Source of the DNA: an uncultured Actinomycetota bacterium
GTDB taxonomy: Bacteria > Actinomycetota > UBA4738 > HRBIN12
DNA: 64,000 nt
Reading direction: 5' to 3'
Assembly: GCA_963724415.1 (NCBI GenBank)
Contig: CAVRUS010000012.1
Coordinates: 66,271 to 130,270, forward strand
Numbering within the stretch: position 1 is the stretch's first letter; each line of letters starts with the position of its first letter. Both the position numbers and the translations under genes were made by a program. Of this stretch, positions 20,117 through 29,131 are shown in pieces. The notes beneath the pieces were generated by a model. It made no database searches, was not told the DNA's origin, and saw nothing but the letters and a program-made list of their open reading frames with translations.

Positions 20117-21145
20117 ATGCGTGAATCGACACTCGACCCGACGTCCGCCACAGCCGGTGATCGGCTCCCGACTGCGCGCGGTCCCCTCAGCGAGGCGATA
20201 CTCGGCGTGCTCACGCAACGTGGTACGCCCGGATATCCGATCCCCGTGCCGGCGGATCCGTTGGGCGACGACGATCTCCATCTCGCCCTCGCCCTCGCCT
20301 ACGAGCTGTCGTACCGAGGCCTCCCGGGGGTCCGCGACGATCTGGAGTGGGATCCGGCGGTCCTGGGGATCCGGCGGGTTCTCGAAGACGCGTTCGAGGC
20401 CGGCCTGCGCCGTTTGATCCCTCGGGAGTACGTGGATCCTGCCGACGTTCCCGACCGGCTCCAGGAGATCGCCTCGCCGCCCGGTGAGGATTCGCTCTCC
20501 GCGTTCATCGAGCGTGCCGCCACGCTGGAGCAGGCCCGGGAGTTCCTGATCCACCGCTCCGCCTATCAGCTGAAGGAGGCCGATCCGCACTCCTGGGTGA
20601 TCCCACGTCTGGTGGGGGCGGCGAAGACGGCGGTCATGGAGATCCAGTACGACGAGTACGGCAGCGGCGACCCTGCCTGGATGCACGCGGAGCTGTTCCG
20701 GAACACGATGGTCGCCGCGGGTCTCGACGGGTCGTACGGGGCCTACCTCGGACAGCTGCCGGGGTCGACCCTTGCGACGATGAATGTGATCTCGCTCTTC
20801 GGGCTCCACCGCAGGCTGCGTGGCGCGCTCGTGGGTCATCTCGCCGCATTCGAGATGAGCTCGAGCCTGCCGAACCGCGCCTACGGTCGGGGGTTCCGCA
20901 GGCTCGGCTTCGACGATACGGCGACCCGATTCTTCGACGAGCACGTCGAGGCGGACTCGGTCCACGAGGTGCTCGCCTGCGACCTGGCCACCCTGTTGGC
21001 GACCCGTGAGCCCGAACTCGCGGGAGATGTCGTGTTCGGAGCGACCGCGATGGCGTTCCTCGAGGACCGTTTCGCCGACCGCCTGCTCGGCGGCTGGCAG
21101 TCCGGTGGCTCGGCGCTCCTGCTGGCGGCCGCAGCCGCGAGCTGA
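20117..21145 (+). CDS. Heme-oxygenase-like diiron enzyme ('iron-containing redox enzyme family', Haem_oxygenas_2 / HDO-type), tentative.
   Basis: All-helical, about 340 aa. Carboxylate/His-rich motif TAVMEIQYDEYGSGDPAWMHAELF plus downstream HLAAFE and EHVEADSVHE, as in CADD / SznF-type HDOs. Confidence 0.5.
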   Translation: MRESTLDPTSATAGDRLPTARGPLSEAILGVLTQRGTPGYPIPVPADPLGDDDLHLALALAYELSYRGLPGVRDDLEWDPAVLGIRRVLEDAFEAGLRRLIPREYVDPADVPDRLQEIASPPGEDSLSAFIERAATLEQAREFLIHRSAYQLKEADPHSWVIPRLVGAAKTAVMEIQYDEYGSGDPAWMHAELFRNTMVAAGLDGSYGAYLGQLPGSTLATMNVISLFGLHRRLRGALVGHLAAFEMSSSLPNRAYGRGFRRLGFDDTATRFFDEHVEADSVHEVLACDLATLLATREPELAGDVVFGATAMAFLEDRFADRLLGGWQSGGSALLLAAAAAS

Positions 21146-21150
21146 GCGCC

Positions 21151-22119
21151 GTGCTCTCCTACGTGCTCCCGTACCGGGGCGGATCCGCGGAGGAAGACGA
21201 TGGCGAGCTGGGGGACTATCTGGGATGGCTGTCCTCGAGGGTGGACCTGATCGTCGTGGACGGTTCCGATCCGGCCGCGTTCCAGGAGCACCACGACCGG
21301 TGGCCCTCTTCGGCCACGCACGTACCGCCCGACACGGACATCGTGTGCCGCAACGGGAAGGTGCGCGGGGTCCTGACGGGGATCCGCCGCGCCGTCCACG
21401 AGTCGGTCGTCATCGCGGATGACGACGTCCGCTACGACGACGCCACCCTCGCGACGATGCACGAGCTCCTGCGACATGCAGACCTGGTCCGACCGCAGAA
21501 CGTCTTCGATCCGCTCCCGTGGCACGCCCGATGGGATACGGCCCGGATGCTGCTGAACCGGTCGCTGGGAAGCGATCATCCGGGGACGTTGGGGGTCCGA
21601 CGGTCGTTCCTCGATCGGGTCGGCGGCTACGACGGGAACGTGCTCTTCGAGAACCTCGAGCTGGTCAGGACCGTCGCGGCCGCCGGGGGGCGCGTTGTGG
21701 ATGCCCCGGGGCTCTACATCCGCCGGCTCCCGCCGAGTGTCCCTCGGTTCCTGGAGCAGCGTCCCAGGCAGGCGTACGACGACCTGGCGCAGCCGCTCCG
21801 TCTCACCTTCTTCCTGGCCCTCGGGCCTGCGCTCGTCGCGATCGCTCGGCGTCGGCCACGTGTGCTCCTCGTCGGTGCCGCCGTCTCGGTGTTCGGCGCG
21901 GAGGTCGGCCGCAGGCGTCACGGAGGCGCGCACGTCTTCGACCGGCTCTCACCGTTGTTCGCCCCGGCATGGATCGCCGAACGTGCCTGTCTCGTCTGGC
22001 TCGCGGTGGCCTCGAGGTTCGGTCGGGGAGGCTCTGTCTACGCCGGACAGGTCATCCGCCGGTCGGCGAATCCGCCGCGCGTCCTCCGGCGGCGGCTGCG
22101 CGCACGGATCGGGGACTGA
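21151..22119 (+). CDS. Glycosyltransferase family 2-like protein.
   Basis: GTG start 5 nt after the upstream stop. LSYVLPYRGGS...VDLIVVDGSDP...IADDDVRYDD (DxD-like). C-terminal amphipathic / TM segment. Confidence 0.5.
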   Translation: MLSYVLPYRGGSAEEDDGELGDYLGWLSSRVDLIVVDGSDPAAFQEHHDRWPSSATHVPPDTDIVCRNGKVRGVLTGIRRAVHESVVIADDDVRYDDATLATMHELLRHADLVRPQNVFDPLPWHARWDTARMLLNRSLGSDHPGTLGVRRSFLDRVGGYDGNVLFENLELVRTVAAAGGRVVDAPGLYIRRLPPSVPRFLEQRPRQAYDDLAQPLRLTFFLALGPALVAIARRRPRVLLVGAAVSVFGAEVGRRRHGGAHVFDRLSPLFAPAWIAERACLVWLAVASRFGRGGSVYAGQVIRRSANPPRVLRRRLRARIGD

Positions 22120-22309
22120 ACGGCACGATCTTGTGGGTTCCGTCGCAGAAGGGTTGGGACGCCGATCGACCACAGCGGCAGATCGCGTTCACCCGCCGGC
22201 GGAGGGGCACCGTGTTCCCGCTCTCATCGAGCAGCTGGATCGGTCCCCGGACGAGCATCGGGCCATCGGCCGTGACCCGGACGACGCAGACTTCCTCGGC
22301 CCGGGTCAC
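22052..22309 (-). CDS. CDGSH-type iron-sulfur domain protein (mitoNEET-like).
   Basis: GPMLVRGPIQLLDESG...ICRCGRSASQPFCDGTHK. GTG at 22309 overlaps the stop of the upstream small gene (GTGA). Only the 3' 86 codons of the 166-aa track ORF look real. Confidence 0.7.
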   Translation of the reverse strand: MTRAEEVCVVRVTADGPMLVRGPIQLLDESGNTVPLRRRVNAICRCGRSASQPFCDGTHKIVPFSPRSVRAAAAGGRAADSPTGG

Positions 22310-22554
22310 GAGCCGCGCTTCCGGGCCGTCGCCTTGCCCCCCTTGCGGCCGGCCGCCTTCTTCTGGGCGGTCGTCCCGCCCTGTTTGGTCGTGTTGCGGC
22401 GGGTTCCCGAGCCCGAAGCCTTCCCTCCTCGCGAGGACGCTCCGGGCGAGTTCGCGATCCGCGCCGCCCGTTCCTTCGACATCCCCTTCTCCTTCAAGGC
22501 CTCGTACTGGTCTTCGTTCTTCACGCTCGGTCGCTTGTCCGGCATGCTCCACAC
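22306..22554 (-). CDS. Conserved small basic hydrophilic protein (actinobacterial small stress-type protein). Paralogous in its N-terminus to the 33337..33666 protein.
   Basis: MPDKRPSVKNEDQYEALKEKGMSKERAARIANS... followed by a Lys/Gly-rich tail. Confidence 0.55.
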   Translation of the reverse strand: MWSMPDKRPSVKNEDQYEALKEKGMSKERAARIANSPGASSRGGKASGSGTRRNTTKQGGTTAQKKAAGRKGGKATARKRGS

Positions 22555-22638
22555 CTCCCGGGCCGGTCCGTCGGAGATACCGTTCCCCGATCCGACCGCC
22601 TGTAGTCCTTCTCGCGCGGATGGCTCAGCGAACGTGGC

Positions 22639-23013
22639 TCAGCGCACCTGGACCTCACGCTCCGCACCGATCTGGTCGTCGATGCAGAACCGGGTTGCCG
22701 GTCGAACGGACAGCCGCTTGGGGTCGATCCGTGTACCGCACGCCTCGCACGTCCCGTAGCTCCCGTTCGCGAGACGTGCCTGCGCGTGCTCGATGTCGGT
22801 GAGCTGTCCGTCGATGTCGTTGATGATCGAGAGGTCCCGCGCACGTTCGAACATCTCCGATCCGGCATCGGCCACGTGGCCGCCGGCGGAAGGGTCTCCC
22901 GTGGGGTCTCGTTCGGTGTCTTCAGCGGTCTCCGTCAGGCTCGCACGGATCCCGCCCAGCCGAACCCGATCCTGCTCGAGCAACTTCGCGTACCGATCGT
23001 TCGTGCCGGACAT
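22639..23013 (-). CDS. DksA/TraR-family C4-type zinc-finger protein.
   Basis: ...IEHAQARLANGSYGTCEACGTRIDPKRLSVRPATRFCIDCQ-like four-Cys finger at the C-terminus. Coiled-coil N-terminus. Confidence 0.75.
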   Translation of the reverse strand: MSGTNDRYAKLLEQDRVRLGGIRASLTETAEDTERDPTGDPSAGGHVADAGSEMFERARDLSIINDIDGQLTDIEHAQARLANGSYGTCEACGTRIDPKRLSVRPATRFCIDDQIGAEREVQVR

Positions 23014-23202
23014 CCTGGCCTCCTATCGACGCCTGTCATCTCGTGGTGACTCCTTTCCCAAGCCGCGGCCGATGCATGCGCGGATCGACGAGGTCATCTG
23101 GTTCCCGCCGTCGTGACTCGGCCATTCGGGGGACGGACCCGGCTGCCGATGGGGTGACCGTTCGACTGATTGACGGGGTGTTCCCGCCGGGTCACGCTTC
23201 CC

Positions 23203-25344
23203 ATGTTCCCTGGGAAGGAGGGTTCCCTGAAGGCGCGACGTACCCTGATCGGCTTCACCCTGCTGGCGATCCTGGCCGTTGCCGTGCCCGCAGCTCCCGC
23301 CGGCGCCGCCGCGACGTCTCGCGACACCTCCCTGCGTTCCTCTCGTCTCACCGACGCCGACGGCGACGGCTTGGACGACGTGCTCGAACGTCGCCTCCGG
23401 AGGGCCGATCACGGCAGCCGCCAGGCCGTCGTCGTGGCCACGGATGGCTCGTTGAGCATCGCGGGAGCGCGTCGCGTCGCCGGTTCGTTCACCGTGAGCC
23501 GCAGGCTCGGGATCGTCGACGGCTTCTCCGCGCGGTTGACCGCCGCGCAGATCCGACGGCTCGCGGCCGAACCTGGGGTCGTGCGCATCGACCACGACGC
23601 GGTCATCCGGGCCACGATGGATGCGGCGCGGGCGGACTACGGTGTCGACGCCGCCCGTGCGGATCTCGGTGTGACCGGAGCCGGCGTGACCGTCTGCATC
23701 CTCGACACCGGCGCCGATCCGAACCACGAACAGCTCGACTCGAAGGACATCGTCTGGCAGGACTTCGTGGGAAGCTCCACGACGCCGTTCGACGATCACG
23801 GGCATGGCACGCACGTCGCATCGATCGCGGTGGGCGACGGCGTCGGTGGAGCGAGCGCCGCACGCTTCGGCGGCGTCGCTCCGGCGGCCGACCTGTGGGC
23901 CGGCAAGGTCCTCAACGCACAAGGATCGGGAAGCGAGTCGGGGATCATCGACGCGATCGAGTGGTGTGCGGACTCGCCCGACGTCGATGTGATCTCGATG
24001 AGCCTCGGCTCGGAGCTCCCGTCGGACGGCACCGACGCGCTCGGTATCGCGGCCAACAACGCGGTGGCGAGCGGGAAGATCGTCGTGGCCGCCGCCGGGA
24101 ACGCGGGCGACGCCCCCAACTCGATGGCGTCGCCGGGTGCCGCCGCGGACGTGATCGCGGTGGGCGCGGCCTCGTCGTGGTCGGCGGCGCCCGCCACACA
24201 GAACCATTCGAACGGGATCTACCTCGCGCCGTTCTCCAGCCGGGGCGGATCCGACTTCGCCGCCGACCAGAAGCCCGACATCGTGTCCCCCGGCGTGAAC
24301 GTGATGGCGGCGAAGGCGAACACCGCCGCGGCCTACGTCGTGAACAGCGGGACCTCGATGGCGACGCCGTTCACGGCCGGGTCAGTGGCGCTGGCACTCG
24401 ATGCGTGGAGCGGACCTGCCCCCAGCCCGGCAGAGATGCAGGAGGCGATCGAGGCGACCGCCGAAGACTTCGGGCCCGCCGGCAAGGACCCCGATTGGGG
24501 GGCGGGTCTGATCGACGTGCTCGCCCTGACGTCGACGGCGGCGGGCACGACCGGGGAGAACGCCTTCCCGACGCATCAGCATGTCGCGGGATCCGTCCCG
24601 GACAGCGGGGAGTGGACCCACGAGTTCGACCTCGGTCCGGACGACCTGGGGGTGCCGATCGCCGCGACGATCACCCTCGACGGCACGTGTGAGGACTTCT
24701 TCGGATTCGGCTGCCTCTTCGGCTGGACGCCCGATATCGACGCCGAGCTGTTCGATCCGAACGGGACGCTGCTCGACGTCAGCGTGTGCGCGGCGATCGA
24801 GGCCGGTGATCCCCATCCCGGGCCGTGCGCGATCGGGCGTCAGGAGACGTTGCAGTCGATGCCGACGGTCGCCGGCACCTATGTGATCCGCCTATTCCCG
24901 TTCGAGGGAGATCCCAACCTCGGGCAGGGCGGTGCGTTCGATCTCGATCTGTCGACGGGCCCGGCCGGGGGCGGGACCACGCCGCCGCCGCCGCCCCCGC
25001 CACCGCCGCCGTCCATGCACGTCGGCGATCTCGATGACACGTCGATCACGTTGTCGGCGGGGAAGTGGCGTGCCCGCGCCACGATCCGTGTGCATGACGG
25101 CGCACACGCGACCCTGTCCGGTGTCGTGGTGCGAGGGCGGTTCGGGCCGAACGGACCGATCGTCAGCTGCACGACCGGGAGCGCCGGAGCGTGCACGCTC
25201 AAGCGGGACATGAAGAGCATCCGCCTCAGCATCGAATTCGTACTGCTCGGGTTGACGAAGTCGACGCACACCTACGTCGGGGCGAACAACCACGACCCGG
25301 ACGGAGACAGCAACGGGACTCGGATCACCGTGACCCGGCCGTAG
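23203..25344 (+). CDS. Secreted S8-family (subtilisin-like) serine peptidase with a poly-Pro linker and a C-terminal beta-sandwich domain.
   Basis: Catalytic triad motifs VCILDTGAD (Asp), HGTHVASIAVG (His), GTSMATPFTAGSVALAL (Ser). (P)14 run at about 24975-25015. Signal peptide. Start codon uncertain (ATG 23203 or TTG 23170). Confidence 0.85.
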   Translation: MFPGKEGSLKARRTLIGFTLLAILAVAVPAAPAGAAATSRDTSLRSSRLTDADGDGLDDVLERRLRRADHGSRQAVVVATDGSLSIAGARRVAGSFTVSRRLGIVDGFSARLTAAQIRRLAAEPGVVRIDHDAVIRATMDAARADYGVDAARADLGVTGAGVTVCILDTGADPNHEQLDSKDIVWQDFVGSSTTPFDDHGHGTHVASIAVGDGVGGASAARFGGVAPAADLWAGKVLNAQGSGSESGIIDAIEWCADSPDVDVISMSLGSELPSDGTDALGIAANNAVASGKIVVAAAGNAGDAPNSMASPGAAADVIAVGAASSWSAAPATQNHSNGIYLAPFSSRGGSDFAADQKPDIVSPGVNVMAAKANTAAAYVVNSGTSMATPFTAGSVALALDAWSGPAPSPAEMQEAIEATAEDFGPAGKDPDWGAGLIDVLALTSTAAGTTGENAFPTHQHVAGSVPDSGEWTHEFDLGPDDLGVPIAATITLDGTCEDFFGFGCLFGWTPDIDAELFDPNGTLLDVSVCAAIEAGDPHPGPCAIGRQETLQSMPTVAGTYVIRLFPFEGDPNLGQGGAFDLDLSTGPAGGGTTPPPPPPPPPPSMHVGDLDDTSITLSAGKWRARATIRVHDGAHATLSGVVVRGRFGPNGPIVSCTTGSAGACTLKRDMKSIRLSIEFVLLGLTKSTHTYVGANNHDPDGDSNGTRITVTRP

Positions 25345-25359
25345 GACGGCCGGGTCACG
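25329..25359 (+). terminator. Perfect 13-bp-stem hairpin (cgtgacccggccg-tagga-cggccgggtcacg) straddling the S8 peptidase stop codon. Candidate intrinsic terminator.
   Basis: Read directly. No U-tract, as is common in high-GC genomes. Confidence 0.45.
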
Positions 25360-25384
25360 CTCGCTTCCTTGCAGGCCTGTTTCG

Positions 25385-25925
25385 CTAGCTCGTGTGCGAG
25401 TGGGTCACCCGGTCATCCGTGTCGGAGTCGATGTCCGTGGATGCCGTCGACGCGGCGACCGTTCGCGTGGACGGGAAGAACCCGCCGATCAGCGCGAGCA
25501 CCCCACCCGCGAGCACGAACCAGAGGCCGATGCCAACGTCCTCGAGCGAGTCCAGCGATCCCGCGCGGCCCATCTGGATCACCGACGAGGGTGAACGCCA
25601 CGAGCGCGACTGCGCCGGCGAACCTCGTGAGCCAGCCGCCACGGAACGCGAGCCCGAGGATGATGACCGCTCCGCAGATCGCCGTCACGAGGCCGGCCGA
25701 CGAGAAGAACCCGGCGGTGCCCGCATCCGTCGACCAGAAGCTCTGTACGGCGAGCTCCGATCCGTCGGTGCCACTCACCCACGGGAGGAAGCTCCCGACC
25801 AACAGGAGCACGGCGGCGGCGACGGTGAGGATCACGCGGAGCGCGAGCCACGGAGAAGGAGCCTCGCTGACCGCCCGCGTCTCCGTCGACGTCGCATCCG
25901 CGTCGTGCTGTTGGATCGCACGCAT
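25385..25925 (-). CDS. Small four-TM membrane protein with an apparent frame switch near 25600.
   Basis: ORF 25413..25925 (WLALRVILTVAAAVLLLVGSFLPWV ... AVALVAFTLV) continues as a TM helix only in the frame of ORF 25385..25642 (VIQMGRAGSLDSLEDVGIGLWFVLAGGVLALIGGFFP). Confidence 0.45.
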
Positions 25926-26053
25926 ACCTGAACCTCCTTCTGCCTGGTCCGGCCGGCCGCGTTCAGCCGACCTCGGCTGGCAGACGCATACCCAGCGGGA
26001 ACGAGGTTCAACCCTCTGCGAACGGAGCCCTCACGAGGTGACGCACAGCAGGC

Positions 26054-26410
26054 TCATGCAGGGTGAGGCACGCGGATCCGGACGGTGGAGCCGACGGCGT
26101 CCGCTTCCGGGAACAGCGCTCGGATCAGGTCGAACCGCCCGGTCCATCCCTGGAGATCCGGTCCCTCCGTCTGGACCGGCACGTCCTCGGCTCGCAGCTC
26201 GATGCCGCGGTCGTCGGAGGAGAGCTCGAACGTCACGAGATCTCCGGTCTCCGCCTCGACGGCGCCCGAGAAGAGTTCCGATGCAGCTAGACGGAGGTCG
26301 TCTCGGACCGGCTCGGGAAGCTCCCACTGCTCGGTCACTGAGCCGATGAAGATGCGAACGATGAGCGCGAGAGCGGGATCGCCCGCGACGCTCAGCCGGG
26401 TGCTCGGCAC
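26054..26410 (-). CDS. RsbW/SpoIIAB-like anti-sigma factor paralog with a degenerate (kinase-dead) N-box.
   Basis: Aligns to the RsbW fold (DDLRLAASELFSGAVEA in place of D.I.DLKIAVSEACTNAVQHA). N and H of the N-box are absent. Confidence 0.45.
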   Translation of the reverse strand: MPSTRLSVAGDPALALIVRIFIGSVTEQWELPEPVRDDLRLAASELFSGAVEAETGDLVTFELSSDDRGIELRAEDVPVQTEGPDLQGWTGRFDLIRALFPEADAVGSTVRIRVPHPA

Positions 26411-26420
26411 GTCCTTCCCG

Positions 26421-26759
26421 TCAGTCCTGCGGGATCTCGTCGGTGCTCGTGTAGAGCGTGAGCACCCGGTCGAGACCGGTGAGATCCATCAACCGACGGA
26501 GACCCGATCCTTCGGGGGCGACCAGCGCGAGGTCCCCACCGCGCTCACGCAGGTGCTTGAGACACGCGACGATCGCTCCGAGACCGGACGAGTCGATGAA
26601 GCCGAGCCCACGGAAGTCCACGATGACCTTGGACGGCTCCGCGTCGCCTGCCTCGAGGACGGATTCCCGGAAGCTGGGAGCCGTGTAGAGGTCGAGTTCA
26701 CCGCTCACTTCGACGACGGCCCAACTCCCATGTGTGCGCCTGTCGAGGGTCAGATCCAC
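26421..26759 (-). CDS. STAS-domain anti-sigma-factor antagonist (RsbV / SpoIIAA-like).
   Basis: AGGAGG RBS 8 nt upstream of GTG at 26759. VVEVSGELDLYTAPSFRESV...VIVDFRGLGFIDSSGLGAIV (phosphorylatable Ser in DSSGLG). Confidence 0.8.
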   Translation of the reverse strand: MDLTLDRRTHGSWAVVEVSGELDLYTAPSFRESVLEAGDAEPSKVIVDFRGLGFIDSSGLGAIVACLKHLRERGGDLALVAPEGSGLRRLMDLTGLDRVLTLYTSTDEIPQD

Positions 26760-26816
26760 GGTGCAATCCTCCTGAGATCGGGGGCCGATGAGGCGCCAGT
26801 AGTATAGGTCGACATC

Positions 26817-27212
26817 GTGACGAACTTCCCGACGACAGTCTCCGTAGACGTGCCCGCGACGCCCGCGTTCGTCCAGGTGCTTCGGAACGTCGTGGCCGGG
26901 GTTGCCGCTCGTCTGGACATGCCGATCGACCAGATCGAGGACATCCGACTGGCCGTCACGGAGGCGTCGTCGTTGTTGCTCCGCGAAGGGGACCCGACGA
27001 CGCTCCGCATGGCGATCGGCCGGGACGAGGACACGCTCGATGTCACCCTCACCTCCGACGGCCGAGCGGATGCATGGCCGACGGAGCAGGTGATGGCCTC
27101 GTGGCCCTGGCTCGTCGTGAAGGGGCTCACCGACGAGATCCGTGCCGACCCGGGGGACGGCACGGGTCTGTCGATCGGCTTCACCAAGGGTCGTGAGCGT
27201 GTGGATCGGTGA
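26817..27212 (+). CDS. RsbW-like anti-sigma factor placed directly upstream of sigB-type sigma, but with N-box Asn/His replaced (predicted pseudo-kinase).
   Basis: DQIEDIRLAVTEASSLLLREGD aligns with B. subtilis RsbW DEIEDLKIAVSEACTNAVQHAY, with N->L and H->E. Stop overlaps the GTG of the sigma gene (GTGA). Confidence 0.6.
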   Translation: MTNFPTTVSVDVPATPAFVQVLRNVVAGVAARLDMPIDQIEDIRLAVTEASSLLLREGDPTTLRMAIGRDEDTLDVTLTSDGRADAWPTEQVMASWPWLVVKGLTDEIRADPGDGTGLSIGFTKGRERVDR

Positions 27213-27955
27213 GCGATCGCACCGGCCCGACCAGGTCCGAAGAGGAGATCGCCGAGCTCTTCCGGAAGCTGCCCGATGCGGGGGCGAGGGAGGCACTCGC
27301 GACGGAGTTCCTCCCGCTCGCCGAGTACTTCGCCCGCCGATTCTCGGGCAGAGGGGAGCCCGTCGACGACCTCACACAGACCGCGTCCCTCGGGCTGCTG
27401 AACGCGATCGATCGATTCGACCCCGAGCGAGGTGTGCCCTTCTCGACGTACGCGGCCGCCACGATCGTGGGCGAGCTGAAACGTCACTTCCGCGACCGAG
27501 GGTGGGCCTTGCGCGTGCCTCGGAACGTGCAGGAGACCGCGATCCTCGTGAACCGCACCGTGTCGACGATGTGGCAGGACCTCGGGCGCGCTCCGACGGT
27601 CGCGGAGATCGCGCGCGCGGCGGACATCGGTGAGGACGACGTCTTGCAGGCGCTCGATGCGCTGCAGGCCTACACGACGGACTCGCTCGATGCCCCGGTC
27701 GGCGACGCGTCCACGACCGCCGCGGAGTCGATCGGCAGCGAGGACCGGAGCTTCGAGGTGTCGGAGGACTGGCTGAGCGTGGCTCCGGCGCTCCGGGATC
27801 TCCCCGAACGGGAGCGGACGATCCTCTACCTGCGGTTCTTCGAAGGGAAGACCCAGACGGAGATCGCCGACGAGCTGGGGATCTCCCAGATGCACGTGTC
27901 CCGGCTCGTCTCCCAGGCATTGGAGAAGCTCCGGGAGCAGACCGGAGGAGTGTGA
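27209..27955 (+). CDS. SigB/SigF-type (group 3) sigma-70 family sigma factor.
   Basis: Regions 2, 3 and 4: DLTQTASLGLLNAIDRFDPERGVPFSTYAAATIVGELKRHFRD ... ERERTILYLRFFEGKTQTEIADELGISQMHVSRL. Confidence 0.9.
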   Translation: MSDRTGPTRSEEEIAELFRKLPDAGAREALATEFLPLAEYFARRFSGRGEPVDDLTQTASLGLLNAIDRFDPERGVPFSTYAAATIVGELKRHFRDRGWALRVPRNVQETAILVNRTVSTMWQDLGRAPTVAEIARAADIGEDDVLQALDALQAYTTDSLDAPVGDASTTAAESIGSEDRSFEVSEDWLSVAPALRDLPERERTILYLRFFEGKTQTEIADELGISQMHVSRLVSQALEKLREQTGGV

Positions 27956-28016
27956 CGCGGGAGCCGGACGGAGGGGGCCCGCGACCGACTCCCGCCCCAC
28001 GATCGTGGCGGGGGCC

Positions 28017-28513
28017 CTACGAGGCCTCCCGCGCCGCCCTCACGCGCTCCGGGGTGCCGAGGTCCGGTCCGGCGTTGGTGTCCTCCGTCGCCGCTGATGC
28101 CGAGATCGACGCGAGCGCCTCGCCGACGCTCCGCATCGATGCCGAGCCGAGCGCGACGTCGCCCAGGGACAGCATGCCCACGAGCGTTCCATCCTTCACG
28201 ACGGGCAGCCGGCGGATGCGCCGCTGCGCCATCAACGCCCTCGCATCGCAGAGTTGCGTGTCCGGTGTGGTGGTCTCGAGGCCTTTCATCGTCGCGATGT
28301 CCCGAAGGAGGACGGACCGAGGGTCCTTGCGTTCGGCGAGGACCCGGAGCACGAGATCCCGGTCGGTCACGATCCCGACCAATCGCTCGCCATCGGTCAC
28401 GGGGATCGTTCCGATGTCGTTCGCGGCCATGAGCCCGGCGGCGTCCCCTGCATCCATGTCGGGTGAAGCCGTCACCGGCCGGGTCGCCATCGCGTGTCGG
28501 ACGAGCATCATCT
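28017..28513 (-). CDS. Tandem CBS-domain protein.
   Basis: MMLVRHAMATRPVTASPDMDAGDAAGLMAANDIGTIPV ... RRLPVVKDGTLVGMLSLGDVA. The upstream part of the 292-aa track ORF is GC noise. Confidence 0.75.
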
Positions 28514-28598
28514 GAACCCCACCTCCTCTGCAGCTGTGTGATCCACTCCACCGTTCCCGACGCTTCCCGACTCCAAACGCGGTTCCCGCGACCGACGG

Positions 28599-29123
28599 AT
28601 GGGTACGGGACCGCCTGTGACGGAGGAGTCGAAGGACCGCCGGGCGCGGGACGCAGCCGCCGAGACGGATCCGGACGAATCGCCGAAGGAGCGCGTCGAC
28701 CGAGAGCTGATCGAGCTGCTCAACGGGCTGCGGGTCATCCTGCCCGGCGTCCAGGTGTTGCTCGCGTTCCTCCTCACCGTGCCGTTCTCGAGCGGGTTCG
28801 GGGAAGCGACCGAGACCGATCGTTCGGTGTACTTCGTGTGCGTGCTCCTCACCGTCGGAGCGATCGGCGCACTCACCATGCCGGCCGCGTATCACCGGAT
28901 CCGCTTCCGGCAGGGGGACAAGGAACGGATGCTGCGCTTGTCCAACACGTTCGCGATCGTCGGCCTCGCGCTGCTCACGGTGGCGATGGCGACGGTGGTC
29001 TTCTTCATCACCAACGTGCTCTACGGTGTGGCAGCCGCGATCCCCGTGAGCCTCGCCGTCTTGGTGATGCTCAGCGTCTCCTGGTTCGCCATCCCGGTGT
29101 TCCGCCGGGTCGAAGACAGCTGA
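28599..29123 (+). CDS. DUF6328-family membrane protein.
   Basis: ELIELLNGLRVILPGVQVLLAFLLTVPF signature plus three further TM helices. Confidence 0.6.
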   Translation: MGTGPPVTEESKDRRARDAAAETDPDESPKERVDRELIELLNGLRVILPGVQVLLAFLLTVPFSSGFGEATETDRSVYFVCVLLTVGAIGALTMPAAYHRIRFRQGDKERMLRLSNTFAIVGLALLTVAMATVVFFITNVLYGVAAAIPVSLAVLVMLSVSWFAIPVFRRVEDS

Positions 29124-29131
29124 GTCGGAGG

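Noticed and set aside
20015-21933. 316-aa and 350-aa minus-strand ORFs antisense to the diiron-oxidase and GT2 genes.
   Set aside because: No motifs. The plus-strand genes have proper starts and conserved signatures.
22310-22552. N-terminal 80 residues of the 166-aa ORF containing the CDGSH domain.
   Set aside because: Low-complexity. The same DNA encodes a conserved small protein in another frame, and a GTG with GTGA coupling gives a normal-length CDGSH protein.
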